A stretch of 64,000 nucleotides of DNA. It comes from an uncultured Pseudomonadota bacterium. GTDB lineage: Bacteria; Pseudomonadota; Alphaproteobacteria; Rs-D84. A program made the translations under genes and the position numbers. The notes beneath the pieces were generated by a model, which saw only the letters and a list, made by a program, of their open reading frames with translations, made no database searches and was not told where the DNA came from. How positions within the stretch are numbered: position 1 is the first letter of the stretch; each line of letters opens with the position of its first letter. Shown here in pieces: positions 1-10,343 of this stretch. The stretch spans positions 596,094 to 660,093 of the forward strand of contig CACWNX010000001.1 of NCBI GenBank assembly GCA_902762295.1, read 5' to 3'.

Positions 1-215
1 TCCCATACGGTCACGGTTAAAGTCTGATTGTCGGGGGTTGAAACGGTTGCTAGTTGGTTAAGTGGCATGTCTGAACCATATGTTTCAACGCGTACACCGT
101 CCAACAAATGTACCGATGCACGTCCGGTGCGCAGGCCCGCGTATTCATTGCGCAAAACATCAATTGTTTGGGTGGTTTTTTGTTCAACTTCGTTCTTTAA
201 AGATTGATAGTCCAT
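1..215 (-). CDS. frr: ribosome recycling factor, N-terminal ~71 codons; gene continues beyond window start
   Basis: Minus-strand ATG at 213-215 with SD AAGGAG 7 nt upstream. Translation MDYQSLKNEVEQKTTQTIDVLRNEYAGLRTGRASVHLLDGVRVETYGSDMPLNQLATVS matches the conserved RRF N-terminus (TGRASxxLLD). Absent from the ORF track because no stop falls inside the window. Confidence 0.8.
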   Translation of the reverse strand, partial: MDYQSLKNEVEQKTTQTIDVLRNEYAGLRTGRASVHLLDGVRVETYGSDMPLNQLATVSTPDNQTLTVTVW

Positions 216-299
216 GTATAACACTCCTTGTTTACAAACCCAGATTAGCAAATATATTTGACATTTGGCAAGAAGAAATATAAAATAAGCATCCGATAT

Positions 300-375
300 G
301 GGGTTGTAGCTCAGTTGGTAGAGCACTTGCATGGCATGCAAGGGGTCGTCGGTTCAAGTCCGATCAGCTCCACCA
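300..375 (+). tRNA. tRNA-Ala (anticodon GGC)
   Basis: Cloverleaf read by eye: GGGGTTG acceptor with G3:U70, anticodon loop ATGGCAT, T-loop GGTTCAAGTCC, encoded CCA. Confidence 0.9.
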
Positions 376-379
376 AAAA

Positions 380-412
380 TTCAAACCGCCGACCGGCGGT
401 TTTTTAATTTTT
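380..412 (+). terminator. intrinsic terminator after tRNA-Ala
   Basis: aaaccgccgaccggcggtttttt: GC hairpin followed by T-run. Confidence 0.6.
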
Positions 413-428
413 AATACGGCTTCAAATA

Positions 429-1349
429 CTAAATCAAATACCAAATATATGCAGCATAGGATGCGATAAATAAAATACCGGCAATATGCGATAGTTTTGA
501 TTTTCGTGCAACAAATATCATCAACATTGTGACCGCCAAAAGTGCGATGGCACCATCTGTTAAAAATGCGGAACTGAATGGCATCGGCTGTATTGCGGCG
601 GCAATTCCTAGAACAAACAAAATGTTAAATATATTTGAACCGACAATGTTTCCAATCGCCATATCAAATTCATGTTTTATTGTGGCGGCTATTGTCACAA
701 CCAGTTCTGGTAAACTTGTTCCAAAAGCAATAAGTGTTAAACCAATTACGCGTTCGGATATACCAAAGTGCCGTGCGATATCTGTTGCAGATTTCGTCAC
801 CATATTTGCCCCGATAATCAACGCAATAATTCCGGCAACTATGACAATAATGGTTTCTGACAATGGCATGATTTTAAATTCTTTGATTTCGCGCTTTGAT
901 TTATATGCTAAAATCGTCATATAACACAAAAATATCACGAACAGCCCCAGTAAAATCAGTCCAGAAATTCGCGATATCTTGCCAAACCACATTCCCATTA
1001 CACACATAATGATTGTAATAAATCCAACAAACGGTAATTCAATAAATTTTGTGCTTTTATGAATTATTGGCGCGCCAATTAAAGCCGTTATCCCAAGAAT
1101 AAGGAATATGTTTGTAATGTTGCTGCCGATGACATTACCGATTGAAACACCGTCTGATTCATGCAATGCCGCGGTGATGCTGATTGCGGCCTCTGGTGCG
1201 CTGGTTCCGATGGCAACCAGTGTTGTTCCAATCACAATTGCCGGAATGCGAAAACGACGGGCGATTCCAACTGCGCCATCAACGAACGCATCTGCACCCC
1301 GAATCAATAACACAAATCCAACAACTAAAAAAATCCAAGAAATAATCAT
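429..1349 (-). CDS. Na+/Ca2+ exchanger family (CaCA, YrbG-like) inner-membrane antiporter
   Basis: Two internal alpha-repeats (GNVIGSNITNIFLILG and GNIVGSNIFNILFVLG). Polytopic membrane protein. Start moved from the ORF-track 1421 to the in-frame ATG at 1349 (MIISWIFLVVG...). Confidence 0.8.
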   Translation of the reverse strand: MIISWIFLVVGFVLLIRGADAFVDGAVGIARRFRIPAIVIGTTLVAIGTSAPEAAISITAALHESDGVSIGNVIGSNITNIFLILGITALIGAPIIHKSTKFIELPFVGFITIIMCVMGMWFGKISRISGLILLGLFVIFLCYMTILAYKSKREIKEFKIMPLSETIIVIVAGIIALIIGANMVTKSATDIARHFGISERVIGLTLIAFGTSLPELVVTIAATIKHEFDMAIGNIVGSNIFNILFVLGIAAAIQPMPFSSAFLTDGAIALLAVTMLMIFVARKSKLSHIAGILFIASYAAYIWYLI

Positions 1350-1442
1350 GCGTGCATTATAACATAAAAATGCTTTTTTTATAAATGCTTTTATGATAAA
1401 ATAGACAAGAAATAAAATCATAAAACAAACGGGAGAGGAATT

Positions 1443-4400
1443 ATGCCAGAAAATATTCGTGCAACATCAGATGAAAACTTAATCGCATTTGCCAAGAATA
1501 TTGCGACCACATATGGAAAAATGGGCTTGCTGGCAAAAAGGTTGGTGACCCAGGTCGTTACGTCAACCAATAATATAGATGCAGTTAATCGGGTTATATC
1601 AAAGGTTGGGCAACTTGACCCAGAAAGCAAAAAACTGTTTGGAAATTATTTTGTCGGCGAAAATCTGGAAAATCTGGAAATGGCGACACGTGCACCGGCA
1701 ATTCTGGCGGCGGCATACGAATATATATCTGAACACCGTGATGACAGTGACGAAATGCGTGAACGCTTTGCACGAATTGGCGCGCATGTTGATACATTAT
1801 CGGCGAATTTTGCAAACACCGGTGGCATGGTTGTAAATGGCGGTGAATGGCCATTGGTTGATACGAATAATATCGCCGATGCATACACAGGATTACTGCG
1901 TACATTCGCAGCACGACGCGCCGATATTGAACGTTCGGGTGATAATGCCAAGGTTGCTGAATTCAATAATAATTTAGATTTGTTGCAAACGGTTATTGCT
2001 GAATACGATCATAATTGGGGGCTTTCGAACCTGTATCCCGAACATGCAGGCAAACTTGAAGACCGCTGGAGTGATTTATGGGATGCGCTGAATCGTGCAG
2101 AATTAACCCCCGAATTAAAGGAAAAATTGCACCAGTGGGGGTTCACTGATGCAAAAGGTAACGAAATTCCGCAATTCAAAAAGAATGGTAAATTGGATAA
2201 ATCCGGACGCTTGGCGGCGATTATCGATTTAACTCGCCACGATATTGCAAAGCAACATGCTGCTCGTATTAATGAAAAGATTGATGAAGATGCGTTGGCT
2301 GTGGAATTGAACGAAAAAATTGAATTTAAACTTTATAACATGGCGGTTGCTGATAAAGTAGCATCGTCAGCCAAAATTCAAGCAATGCGCGAGCAAAACC
2401 CGGATTATGAACCTGACTATGAACCAGAAATTGATATAGCGCGTTTTAATTCAGATCAAGATTATCGTGCGGCAGTGTTAGATAAATTATCCGAATATGG
2501 TGCGATTATTTCTGATACAGGTTATAACGCTCAGGTTGATGCCGACGTTAACGCAACCGCGGGTTGGACGGCGCGTGTTAAATCTAAATTAAGAAATGGC
2601 GCAGAAAATCTCGGCGGTTTCTTTGAACGTGTGTTTCATCCGATTAGTCGTGTTGACCGTTTGGCAAATGTTCGTTTAGCAGGTAGTATGGTTGATAAGC
2701 GCACAAGACGTATCCAGTTTATTAAACGCCTTGCTAAAGGATTTGGCAGTGCATTCATATACAGTGCATTTTTGACTGTAATTGTTACTACGGTTGCGGC
2801 AACAACTGGTATGTCGGCGGCTGTTGCGACAGCCGTACTTGGTGGGTCGCTAGCAATAGGTATTGGGGTTAAACAGGTGTTACGTTGGCGCCGGGCGCAA
2901 CAGAAAGCAAATAAACCAACCGATATCCATGCGTTTTTATCGGATAAACGATTGGTTGCGTCACTTGGGGTCAGCGCGATTGCCGTCATCGCAATGTGTT
3001 TTGGTGCTGCTGGTATGACAGAATTAGCTCGCGGATTTGGTGGACTAGCATTAGGGGTTGGGGCTACCAAAAATGCTGTGGAGGGTGGCTTAGATACCTG
3101 GGCACGTGGTGGATCTACATTGCAGGCAATAGCTGCCGGTTTAGCAAATGCTGGTGCAGTTATCGCTGGTGGACTGACAGGTCGTGGTTTGACGAATCTT
3201 GGAATGGATTGGATCAATAAACTGTTCCCAAGAAATACATTCTTGCAGACTGAACACACTCATACGGAGCAACGTGAAGTCACAGAACAAGTTGAACACA
3301 CTCGGACTGTGACCGATTGGCCAACAGAAACAACGCATGAAGCCGCAGTAAGGAATTGGTTCGGTGCCCGTTATCCACATAATCCTGAAGTTATGCAGGG
3401 GCTTCTTGATGCTGTAAATCATTATAACGCAGATACTGGGGCTAATTTGGATCCATGGGCCGCATTGCGTGGAATTGCATTATCTGGTGGTGATCCAAAT
3501 CACGGTGTATATAATGCTCCCGATTGGTTTAATTCGCACGGGTTTGCGGCAGAACAAATTCATGATGCGGCTAATGCATTACATCCTGATGGAACTTACG
3601 ACCCAGTTGGAATGGAAACATTAAAAGATTTGGTGACCCATCACCTTAGTTCAAAGGGTTATGTGGGAGAAATGCCTGGACATACGATAAAAACAAGTAC
3701 AGACGTATATCAATCGCGTGGCGAGATGCCGACTCAACGTACTGAAACGTGGACTGAATTAAAGAGTCATGTGGAAAATTACGATAAAACTGATTACGAT
3801 AGTGTAAATGATGGTGCATATGCGGCAGGTGGCAATTACAATTCCAAAGTTTATCGTGGCCTTCGTGACCGTATTGGTGCGGTGGATAATTATCCATTTA
3901 ATTCACTGCGACCATCTGATCGTCGCAAACCGATTGAACCGATTATCAAACCAACGGATGATGAACGGGATGGTGATATAGATGTGTTCCCACCGGTTGT
4001 TGTACGCAGACCAGATTTGCCGGTAAAACGCCAAAAACCCGAATTACCGGCAGAACGCGAAAAACCTGAATTGCCGGTAAAACCAGGTGGCGATGTTGAT
4101 ATCTTCAAACCGGTACCAATTGAAAAGCCGGTCCCGAAACCGGTGGTTGTTCCAATCTTGGATGACGATGAACCCGAAGACAAGATTTTTGCCATTACTC
4201 GTCCCCAGGCCAAAGCATGGAAAGATTTGCAAGAACGTCTGAAAAAGGTTCGTGCAAAACTAAAAAAAGGCCCACATGGATCCAAGGCGGCAAAATTGCG
4301 CGAGGAAGAATCAAAATTGACATATTTTATCAAAAATTTATGCAACCAGATTGGTCATTATGATCCTGATGTCATAGATCTTGCATCCAAAGAGGCACTT

Positions 4401-5717
4401 TTGCGTGAAAACCTAAATAGAAAAAACGCATTGATTGAGGATAAGCCTGGTGATAATGCATCTCAATGGGAGGTTGTTGATTGGCGCGCTGAAATTGCAA
4501 GGTTGGATAAAAAGATCAACGAACAGATTAAAGAATTTGGTTCTGCAGCTGATGCTGTTGCACATGCGAGTGCGGATGAATCACGTTTGTATTATCCAAT
4601 GCCGGTTCCCGGCATCCAGGCGCAAAAGAAGGCTGCGCGTCGTGCCGAATATGAATCGCATCGTGCAGAAATCTTGGAAACCCCATTGCCAAAACCAACA
4701 TCGCGCGTAAAACCAACCCAAGACGAAATTGTTGAAGATGCTGAATTCGTACCCGAATTTGATTTGCCAGAATATGAAAGTCAATTCAACGATGATGTGG
4801 ATTTAGACATTTCAAATCATCGTGTGCCTAAATTAGATTTGGGTCGGTTCAAAAAACCAAAATATGATATTAGTGATGATGAAATTCGTGTAATTGGCGG
4901 CAATGATGAATTTGTACCAGATTTATCAAAAAACACGAATGAAAAACCGGTGTCGCACGTGATTCATGAAAAACCACGTCACAATGAACGCGGTGGTTTG
5001 GTCGCGGCATTGCGCAATGCGTATAACAAAATCAAGAAACGCGTTTCGGGTCGTGAATATTTTGTGCCGGAATCTTTGATTTCAATCGCCGAAAATGCAA
5101 ACTTGATGCACGATCCGGTTGCAACAATTAACGGTGTACCGATTCATTTGGTTGATTTAACCGGTAATAATACACCAATCACACAAAACAATGATCGTGC
5201 CGTTGTGGTTGTTGATATTCGTGGATTACGTATACCGTTCTATTTATCAAACGGTGACGAGGACGGCAAGGCAGGGCATTGGACACCGTTGCAATCATTG
5301 TTCCGTGATGGTAAATGGAAGTCGTTCATGTTCATCAATAATAAGTTATCACATATCCAGGCGTTGTCTATGATAGCCGATGCATTAGATAACAAACTTG
5401 GCGATATTCGTAACTATCGTGATATTGAATTGACCGCAGAGTACCAGGCCAGTGGCAAAGATGGTTTTGTCGGCGGCGCAGATGCAATCGAACATGTTAA
5501 CCCAGATACCATATTCCGATTGATAAACGGTGCAAGATACGAAAGTGTCAACAACCATATGATATTCGGGACATACAGTGACAGTCGTGTTAGTGCCGAA
5601 GCAGCATGGTTGCAAGAATATTTGGACGAAAATGGATTGCCATCTGATGATGTAGTAGAAGAAAATATGAATTTGCTGCAGAGATGGCGCGCAAGACGCA
5701 AATCCAAGCATGAATAG
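1443..5717 (+). CDS. very large (1424 aa) hypothetical membrane protein with soluble N-terminal domain, Gly/Ala-rich TM block and Pro-rich KPELP/KPVP repeats; no recognisable catalytic motif
   Basis: Long uninterrupted ORF, GGAGAGGAAT SD-like sequence before the ATG. Hydrophobic segments at about aa 420-560. Repeats PDLPVKRQKPELPAEREKPELPVKPGG...KPVPIEKPVPKPVVVP. Confidence 0.7.
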   Translation: MPENIRATSDENLIAFAKNIATTYGKMGLLAKRLVTQVVTSTNNIDAVNRVISKVGQLDPESKKLFGNYFVGENLENLEMATRAPAILAAAYEYISEHRDDSDEMRERFARIGAHVDTLSANFANTGGMVVNGGEWPLVDTNNIADAYTGLLRTFAARRADIERSGDNAKVAEFNNNLDLLQTVIAEYDHNWGLSNLYPEHAGKLEDRWSDLWDALNRAELTPELKEKLHQWGFTDAKGNEIPQFKKNGKLDKSGRLAAIIDLTRHDIAKQHAARINEKIDEDALAVELNEKIEFKLYNMAVADKVASSAKIQAMREQNPDYEPDYEPEIDIARFNSDQDYRAAVLDKLSEYGAIISDTGYNAQVDADVNATAGWTARVKSKLRNGAENLGGFFERVFHPISRVDRLANVRLAGSMVDKRTRRIQFIKRLAKGFGSAFIYSAFLTVIVTTVAATTGMSAAVATAVLGGSLAIGIGVKQVLRWRRAQQKANKPTDIHAFLSDKRLVASLGVSAIAVIAMCFGAAGMTELARGFGGLALGVGATKNAVEGGLDTWARGGSTLQAIAAGLANAGAVIAGGLTGRGLTNLGMDWINKLFPRNTFLQTEHTHTEQREVTEQVEHTRTVTDWPTETTHEAAVRNWFGARYPHNPEVMQGLLDAVNHYNADTGANLDPWAALRGIALSGGDPNHGVYNAPDWFNSHGFAAEQIHDAANALHPDGTYDPVGMETLKDLVTHHLSSKGYVGEMPGHTIKTSTDVYQSRGEMPTQRTETWTELKSHVENYDKTDYDSVNDGAYAAGGNYNSKVYRGLRDRIGAVDNYPFNSLRPSDRRKPIEPIIKPTDDERDGDIDVFPPVVVRRPDLPVKRQKPELPAEREKPELPVKPGGDVDIFKPVPIEKPVPKPVVVPILDDDEPEDKIFAITRPQAKAWKDLQERLKKVRAKLKKGPHGSKAAKLREEESKLTYFIKNLCNQIGHYDPDVIDLASKEALLRENLNRKNALIEDKPGDNASQWEVVDWRAEIARLDKKINEQIKEFGSAADAVAHASADESRLYYPMPVPGIQAQKKAARRAEYESHRAEILETPLPKPTSRVKPTQDEIVEDAEFVPEFDLPEYESQFNDDVDLDISNHRVPKLDLGRFKKPKYDISDDEIRVIGGNDEFVPDLSKNTNEKPVSHVIHEKPRHNERGGLVAALRNAYNKIKKRVSGREYFVPESLISIAENANLMHDPVATINGVPIHLVDLTGNNTPITQNNDRAVVVVDIRGLRIPFYLSNGDEDGKAGHWTPLQSLFRDGKWKSFMFINNKLSHIQALSMIADALDNKLGDIRNYRDIELTAEYQASGKDGFVGGADAIEHVNPDTIFRLINGARYESVNNHMIFGTYSDSRVSAEAAWLQEYLDENGLPSDDVVEENMNLLQRWRARRKSKHE

Positions 5718-5736
5718 TAATACATATATCAAATAA

Positions 5737-5768
5737 TAAAAATGCGGGGATTTTTCCCCGCGTTTTTT
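5737..5768 (+). terminator. intrinsic terminator
   Basis: aaaaatgcggggatttttccccgcgttttttt: perfect hairpin followed by T-run. Confidence 0.65.
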
Positions 5769-5776
5769 TAAATAAT

Positions 5777-6757
5777 ATGTTTTTTATTATGAAAATTTAT
5801 GATATAATGCTTGGTATGAAGGCAGGGATTTTATACATCTTATCCGCATGTGTGGCGCTGAATTCGGGCGCGGCAATGGCAAATTGGCAATATTCCGGCG
5901 AATACACATATGATATGTCATATTATGATAATGGTGGTCGTACGGCGGTATCACTGCGTGGTGGCGCATCGTATGCGATGTCGGGTATGAAAAACAACGC
6001 TAATTCAATTGTGTATGCGCTGTGTATAAATGATAATGGCGAATTTGATTTTCCAACCGCAGATGGTTGCCCTTCTGGATACACCTATGCAGGTACGGGT
6101 AATTTGTCGTCTTTGGGGTTATCTGATTTATCGGGTTTAAATTTTTCCGCCGGGGTCAGTTTGGGTTGGATAATGCCGAATCATCCTCAGTGGCGATTGG
6201 AAATTGGGTGGGACACATTTTCGGATGTTGATTATAATAAGACCCCGCTGTTTTCCGGAAATATGCAGTTAAGTGGCGGATATACATTGGCGAATTTGAC
6301 GGTTGGCGGTGTTCAATCAACTGTATCCAGCGATGTAATCAGTGCAATGGCATTTTATGATTTCTTTGATGGGTTGTATAAGCCGCTACACCAAATGATT
6401 CCGTACATTGGAATTGGTGTCGGTTATGGTGATACCAAAACAGTAATGAGTCTTTTTGACCCAACCGGTGATTTATCGCAATTTGAAGATTTGACAAACT
6501 TTGGTCAATTGGAAAACAATGTTATTCATTTTTACCGTGCGACAACGAATACAACAAATATTGTTGGTATTGGGGCGCTTGGGATTTCCTATGGCCTTAG
6601 TGATAAATTTTTTATAGATTTTGGTGCGCGCGTGTTTTATTTGCCACGCGTAAAGTACCAGTTGGTGAATTCTGATGCATCGCGGCGGCTTGATTGGTTC
6701 AGTGCCAAGAATTTGATATATGCCAATGTCATGCTGGGCATTCGTTTTGAATTCTAA
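5777..6757 (+). CDS. outer-membrane β-barrel protein (surface-antigen / OmpA-like), C-terminal Phe
   Basis: Signal-peptide-like N-terminus (the in-frame MKAGILYILSACVALNSGAAMA is the likely true start). Alternating amphipathic β-strand pattern; ends ...GIRFEF, the terminal aromatic typical of β-barrel OMPs. Confidence 0.6.
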   Translation: MFFIMKIYDIMLGMKAGILYILSACVALNSGAAMANWQYSGEYTYDMSYYDNGGRTAVSLRGGASYAMSGMKNNANSIVYALCINDNGEFDFPTADGCPSGYTYAGTGNLSSLGLSDLSGLNFSAGVSLGWIMPNHPQWRLEIGWDTFSDVDYNKTPLFSGNMQLSGGYTLANLTVGGVQSTVSSDVISAMAFYDFFDGLYKPLHQMIPYIGIGVGYGDTKTVMSLFDPTGDLSQFEDLTNFGQLENNVIHFYRATTNTTNIVGIGALGISYGLSDKFFIDFGARVFYLPRVKYQLVNSDASRRLDWFSAKNLIYANVMLGIRFEF

Positions 6758-6759
6758 AT

Positions 6760-8289
6760 TTATTTCACGCTGTATTTACCACGATTTGTTGGACGATATG
6801 ACAGTGCCTCGGTGATATCGGACATTTCAACATTTTCCGCCCCACGCAAATCGGCAATTGTACGTGCAATGCGTTTAATGCGATTATATCCGCGTGCAGA
6901 CATCCCCATCTTTTCCGCCGCCATGTTCAAGAAATTTGTCAATTCATCGGAAAGTGGCACATGTTTTTCTAAATCGGCACCATCAAGGCGCGCATTCACA
7001 TAGCCCTGGCGCGATATTTGGGCGGCGCGTGCACGAACAACGCGTTCGCGAATTGTCGCACTGGATTCCGCCGGTGCCGAATTATCATTCTTCATTTCCC
7101 ATGGATTTACCGCATCAACATCAACATGCAAATCAATACGGTCAAGCAATGGCCCCGAAATTTTATTCTGATATGCCTCGGCACATCTGGGCGCGCGCGA
7201 ACAGGACAGGGCGGCATTACCCAAATGGCCACATGGACACGGATTCATCGCCGCAATCAGTTGGAATTGTGCCGGATATGTCGCGTTACGCCGTGCGCGT
7301 GAAATCATAATTTTGCCCGATTCCATTGGTTGTCGCAGTATTTCCAATGTCGCACGATTAAATTCAGGTAATTCGTCCAAAAACAAAACCCCGTTGTGCG
7401 CCAATGATATCTCACCCGGTCGCGCATCCGAACCACCGCCCGCCAATGCGACCGGACTTGATGTGTGGTGCACACTGCGGAATGGACGTTGCGATACAAG
7501 GCTTTTATTATCTAATCCACCGGCAATAGAATAAATAACGGATGTTTCCAGAATTTCATCTGCGGTCATTTCGGGCAGAATGGTTGCCAATCGCGATGCC
7601 AACATCGTTTTTCCCGATCCCGGCGGGCCAACCATTAACATTGCATGTCCACCCGCCGCCGCGATTTCCAGCGCGCGTTTTGCCGCGGCCTGGCCATGAA
7701 CCTCGGCCATATCAATATTTGATTGATTTGTTTGATTCATCACTGGTGCATCCGGCAACGCAATCGGATTTTTACCATTAAAGTGATTTATCAGTTCTAA
7801 AACATGATTTGCCGCCAAAATATTATCATGTCCCGCCAATCGTGCCTCGGTTCCCTGGGGGCCAGGGCATATAATACCAAATCCGTTTTTATTTGCCCAA
7901 ACACTTGCCGCCAGAACGCCATTTGTTTTAACAATCGCACCATTCAGACCGACTTCGCCAATAATAATATATTTTGATAACTTATCTTCGGGCAGTATAT
8001 CAAATGCACACAATATTCCGCACAGTATCGGCAAATCAAAATGTGCACCGGTTTTTTCTACATCGGCGGGCGACAGGTTTACCGTTAAACGTTTTGATGG
8101 TAATTGCAATCCCAGTGCAGATAACACATTTATAATGCGTTGCGCCGATTCTTTGACCGCGCGATCCGCCAACCCGATAATACTAAAATCTGGCCGTGCC
8201 AGTCCATGTGAAATCTGAACCTGGACATCTATCTTGGTGGCATCCATGCCATTAAAGATAACAGAATATAACGAAATCATGATTATCAC
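6760..8289 (-). CDS. comM: Mg-chelatase-like AAA+ ATPase ComM/YifB
   Basis: N-terminal Lon-protease-like subdomain, Walker A GPPGSGKT, C-terminal ChlI-like domain with CPCG zinc motif. Confidence 0.85.
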   Translation of the reverse strand: MIIMISLYSVIFNGMDATKIDVQVQISHGLARPDFSIIGLADRAVKESAQRIINVLSALGLQLPSKRLTVNLSPADVEKTGAHFDLPILCGILCAFDILPEDKLSKYIIIGEVGLNGAIVKTNGVLAASVWANKNGFGIICPGPQGTEARLAGHDNILAANHVLELINHFNGKNPIALPDAPVMNQTNQSNIDMAEVHGQAAAKRALEIAAAGGHAMLMVGPPGSGKTMLASRLATILPEMTADEILETSVIYSIAGGLDNKSLVSQRPFRSVHHTSSPVALAGGGSDARPGEISLAHNGVLFLDELPEFNRATLEILRQPMESGKIMISRARRNATYPAQFQLIAAMNPCPCGHLGNAALSCSRAPRCAEAYQNKISGPLLDRIDLHVDVDAVNPWEMKNDNSAPAESSATIRERVVRARAAQISRQGYVNARLDGADLEKHVPLSDELTNFLNMAAEKMGMSARGYNRIKRIARTIADLRGAENVEMSDITEALSYRPTNRGKYSVK

Positions 8290-8362
8290 ATTATAGACTT
8301 GCCATAACCGAATTCAAGTTATAAAATGCAAATCGTTGAATTTATAAAAGAAAGGAAAGATT

Positions 8363-9241
8363 ATGCCAACAAAACATAAAAATCGTGTCCGTGAATGGTT
8401 TGATACATTGTTTTATGGAATTCTGATTGCCGTTGTTTTCCGCAGTTTACTTTTGGAACCATTTAATATTCCGTCGGGTTCAATGATACCATCGCTGCAT
8501 ATTGGTGACCATATCTTTGTGCAAAAATGGGCATATGGATATTCGCGATATTCATTCCCGTTTGGTTCGTGGCATCTGTGGAATGGTCGTATGTTCAAGA
8601 AAATGCCGACGGTTGGCGATGTTATCGTATTTCGCAATCCGCATGATGAATCGGTTGATTATGTTAAACGTTTAATTGGTTTGCCGGGTGATGTTATTCA
8701 AATGAAGGCAGGGCGTTTATATATAAATGGTAAAATGGTTGAACGCAAAGATCCACGACCCTACGTTGTCGCGGTATTGCCACGATCATTGCGTTCGGTC
8801 GGATATTATGCGGATAATATGACGGTCAAAGGAAACAAAATTTTTGTTGATGGAAAACCTGCGGATTTTAATTATACGATTGAATATAAAAGTGATAAAT
8901 TATGTCGCAGTTACGAAAATATGTGCGGTGTGTTTCGTGCAACCGAATATACCGAAATACTGCCAAATGGTGTTGAACACAGTATCATAGAATTCACAGA
9001 TAACGGAAATTTGGATAATACAACCGAATTCTTGGTCCCAGAAAACCATTTATTCTTTATGGGCGATAATCGCGATAATAGCAACGATAGTCGTGCCGAT
9101 GTTGGATTTGTTCCGGTTGATAATATGCTGGGGCGCGTTTGGTTTATATGGTATTCGCATAATTACGCATCCCCAATGGTTGCATTTTGGAATTGGAATG
9201 CTAAGATGCGGTGGAACAGATTTGGCAAAGGAATAAACTAA
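8363..9241 (+). CDS. lepB: signal peptidase I
   Basis: N-terminal TM segment, catalytic GSMIPSL (Ser) and KRLIGLPGD (Lys) boxes, GDNRDNSNDSR box. Confidence 0.9.
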   Translation: MPTKHKNRVREWFDTLFYGILIAVVFRSLLLEPFNIPSGSMIPSLHIGDHIFVQKWAYGYSRYSFPFGSWHLWNGRMFKKMPTVGDVIVFRNPHDESVDYVKRLIGLPGDVIQMKAGRLYINGKMVERKDPRPYVVAVLPRSLRSVGYYADNMTVKGNKIFVDGKPADFNYTIEYKSDKLCRSYENMCGVFRATEYTEILPNGVEHSIIEFTDNGNLDNTTEFLVPENHLFFMGDNRDNSNDSRADVGFVPVDNMLGRVWFIWYSHNYASPMVAFWNWNAKMRWNRFGKGIN

Positions 9242-9242
9242 A

Positions 9243-9887
9243 ATGAAGTTAAAGTATAAATTTAAAGACGAAGGTTTGCTGGATTTAGCATTGACCCAGA
9301 GTGGTGCGAATTGCGCGCATAATAATGAAAAACTGGAATTTGTGGGTGACCGCGTGCTGGGGTTATCGGTTGCAACATTGTTATACCAAATGTTTCCAAC
9401 CGAAACCGAGGGCGAATTGGCGCGCCGTTTTGCGGTATTGGTTTCAACCGATACATTGGCAACGATTGCAAATCGTATGGAACTGGACAAATCATTGCGA
9501 CATGGTCATGTGACGGGGGGGCGTAAACGGCATCTGATTGCCAACGCGATGGAGGCCGTTCTTGGTGCAATGTTTTTTGATTCGGGCTTTGATGCGACAC
9601 GCAATTTTATATGGGAAATATGGCGGCCGCTGGCGGCGGCGGAGGCCGAGGCCCCAAAAGATTCAAAAACTAAATTACAAGAATATGTGCAAAAACACGA
9701 CAATGGTGCATTGCCAGTATATAAGTTTTTAGAGCAAACCGGTGCGGCGCACGCGCCAATATTCACCGTTGATGTGACGGCAATGGGGCAAACCGCAACC
9801 GGGTCGGGAACATCAAAAAAGGCGGCGAGTATCGCGGCGGCGGCGGCACTGTTTAAAAAACTTGCAATTTTGCCGGCTGATAAGTAA
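9243..9887 (+). CDS. rnc: ribonuclease III
   Basis: RNase III signature ERLEFVGDRVLG, C-terminal dsRBD. Immediately follows lepB (classic lepB-rnc arrangement). Confidence 0.9.
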   Translation: MKLKYKFKDEGLLDLALTQSGANCAHNNEKLEFVGDRVLGLSVATLLYQMFPTETEGELARRFAVLVSTDTLATIANRMELDKSLRHGHVTGGRKRHLIANAMEAVLGAMFFDSGFDATRNFIWEIWRPLAAAEAEAPKDSKTKLQEYVQKHDNGALPVYKFLEQTGAAHAPIFTVDVTAMGQTATGSGTSKKAASIAAAAALFKKLAILPADK

Positions 9888-9921
9888 AATCGGGAAAAAT
9901 AGATAAAAAAAGGATTAAGAT

Positions 9922-10293
9922 ATGTTTTCAATTTTATTGGTGTTGTTGATTATTGTGGCGGTGTTTATGACTGGGTTGATTTTGCTCCAGAAATCCGAGG
10001 GCAGTGGCATGTCCGGTTCGGCGGCGGCATCTATGTTTGGTGGCGCGTTGACTGGGGCGGCGGCGGGTAATTTTTTGACCAAATTGACAACATGGCTGGC
10101 GATTATATTTTTTGTGCTGTGTGCGGCATTGGCATTGGTTTCATCAAAGTCTGATATTGCAAATGTAAATCAAAGTGGTCTGCGTGATGAACTGGCGGCG
10201 GACGAATTGGCAAATGAACCGACACCGGAAAATGCGACTGCACCGGCAACACCGGCGGAAAGTGAACCTGTGACGGTTGATGATAAAAAATAA
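9922..10293 (+). CDS. secG: preprotein translocase subunit SecG
   Basis: MFSILLVLLIIVAVFMTGLILLQKSEGSGMSGS...: typical SecG N-terminus and Gly-rich loop. Confidence 0.8.
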   Translation: MFSILLVLLIIVAVFMTGLILLQKSEGSGMSGSAAASMFGGALTGAAAGNFLTKLTTWLAIIFFVLCAALALVSSKSDIANVNQSGLRDELAADELANEPTPENATAPATPAESEPVTVDDKK

Positions 10294-10343
10294 GATTTTA
10301 CTTTTAAAAATGCCCCAGATGGGGCATTTTTAATGGTTTGTGT

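Noticed and set aside
62-283. ORF-track 73-aa ORF on the plus strand at the window start
   Set aside because: It lies antisense to the clearly conserved frr N-terminus (minus strand, 1-215), starts with GTG, has no RBS, and has no recognisable protein features.
2636-3259. 207-aa minus-strand ORF inside the 1424-aa gene, and similar antisense ORFs (3890-4345, 5385-5732)
   Set aside because: These lie antisense within a long sense ORF that has coherent domain structure. Their composition is low-complexity (Pro/Ala/Ser runs), typical of shadow ORFs.
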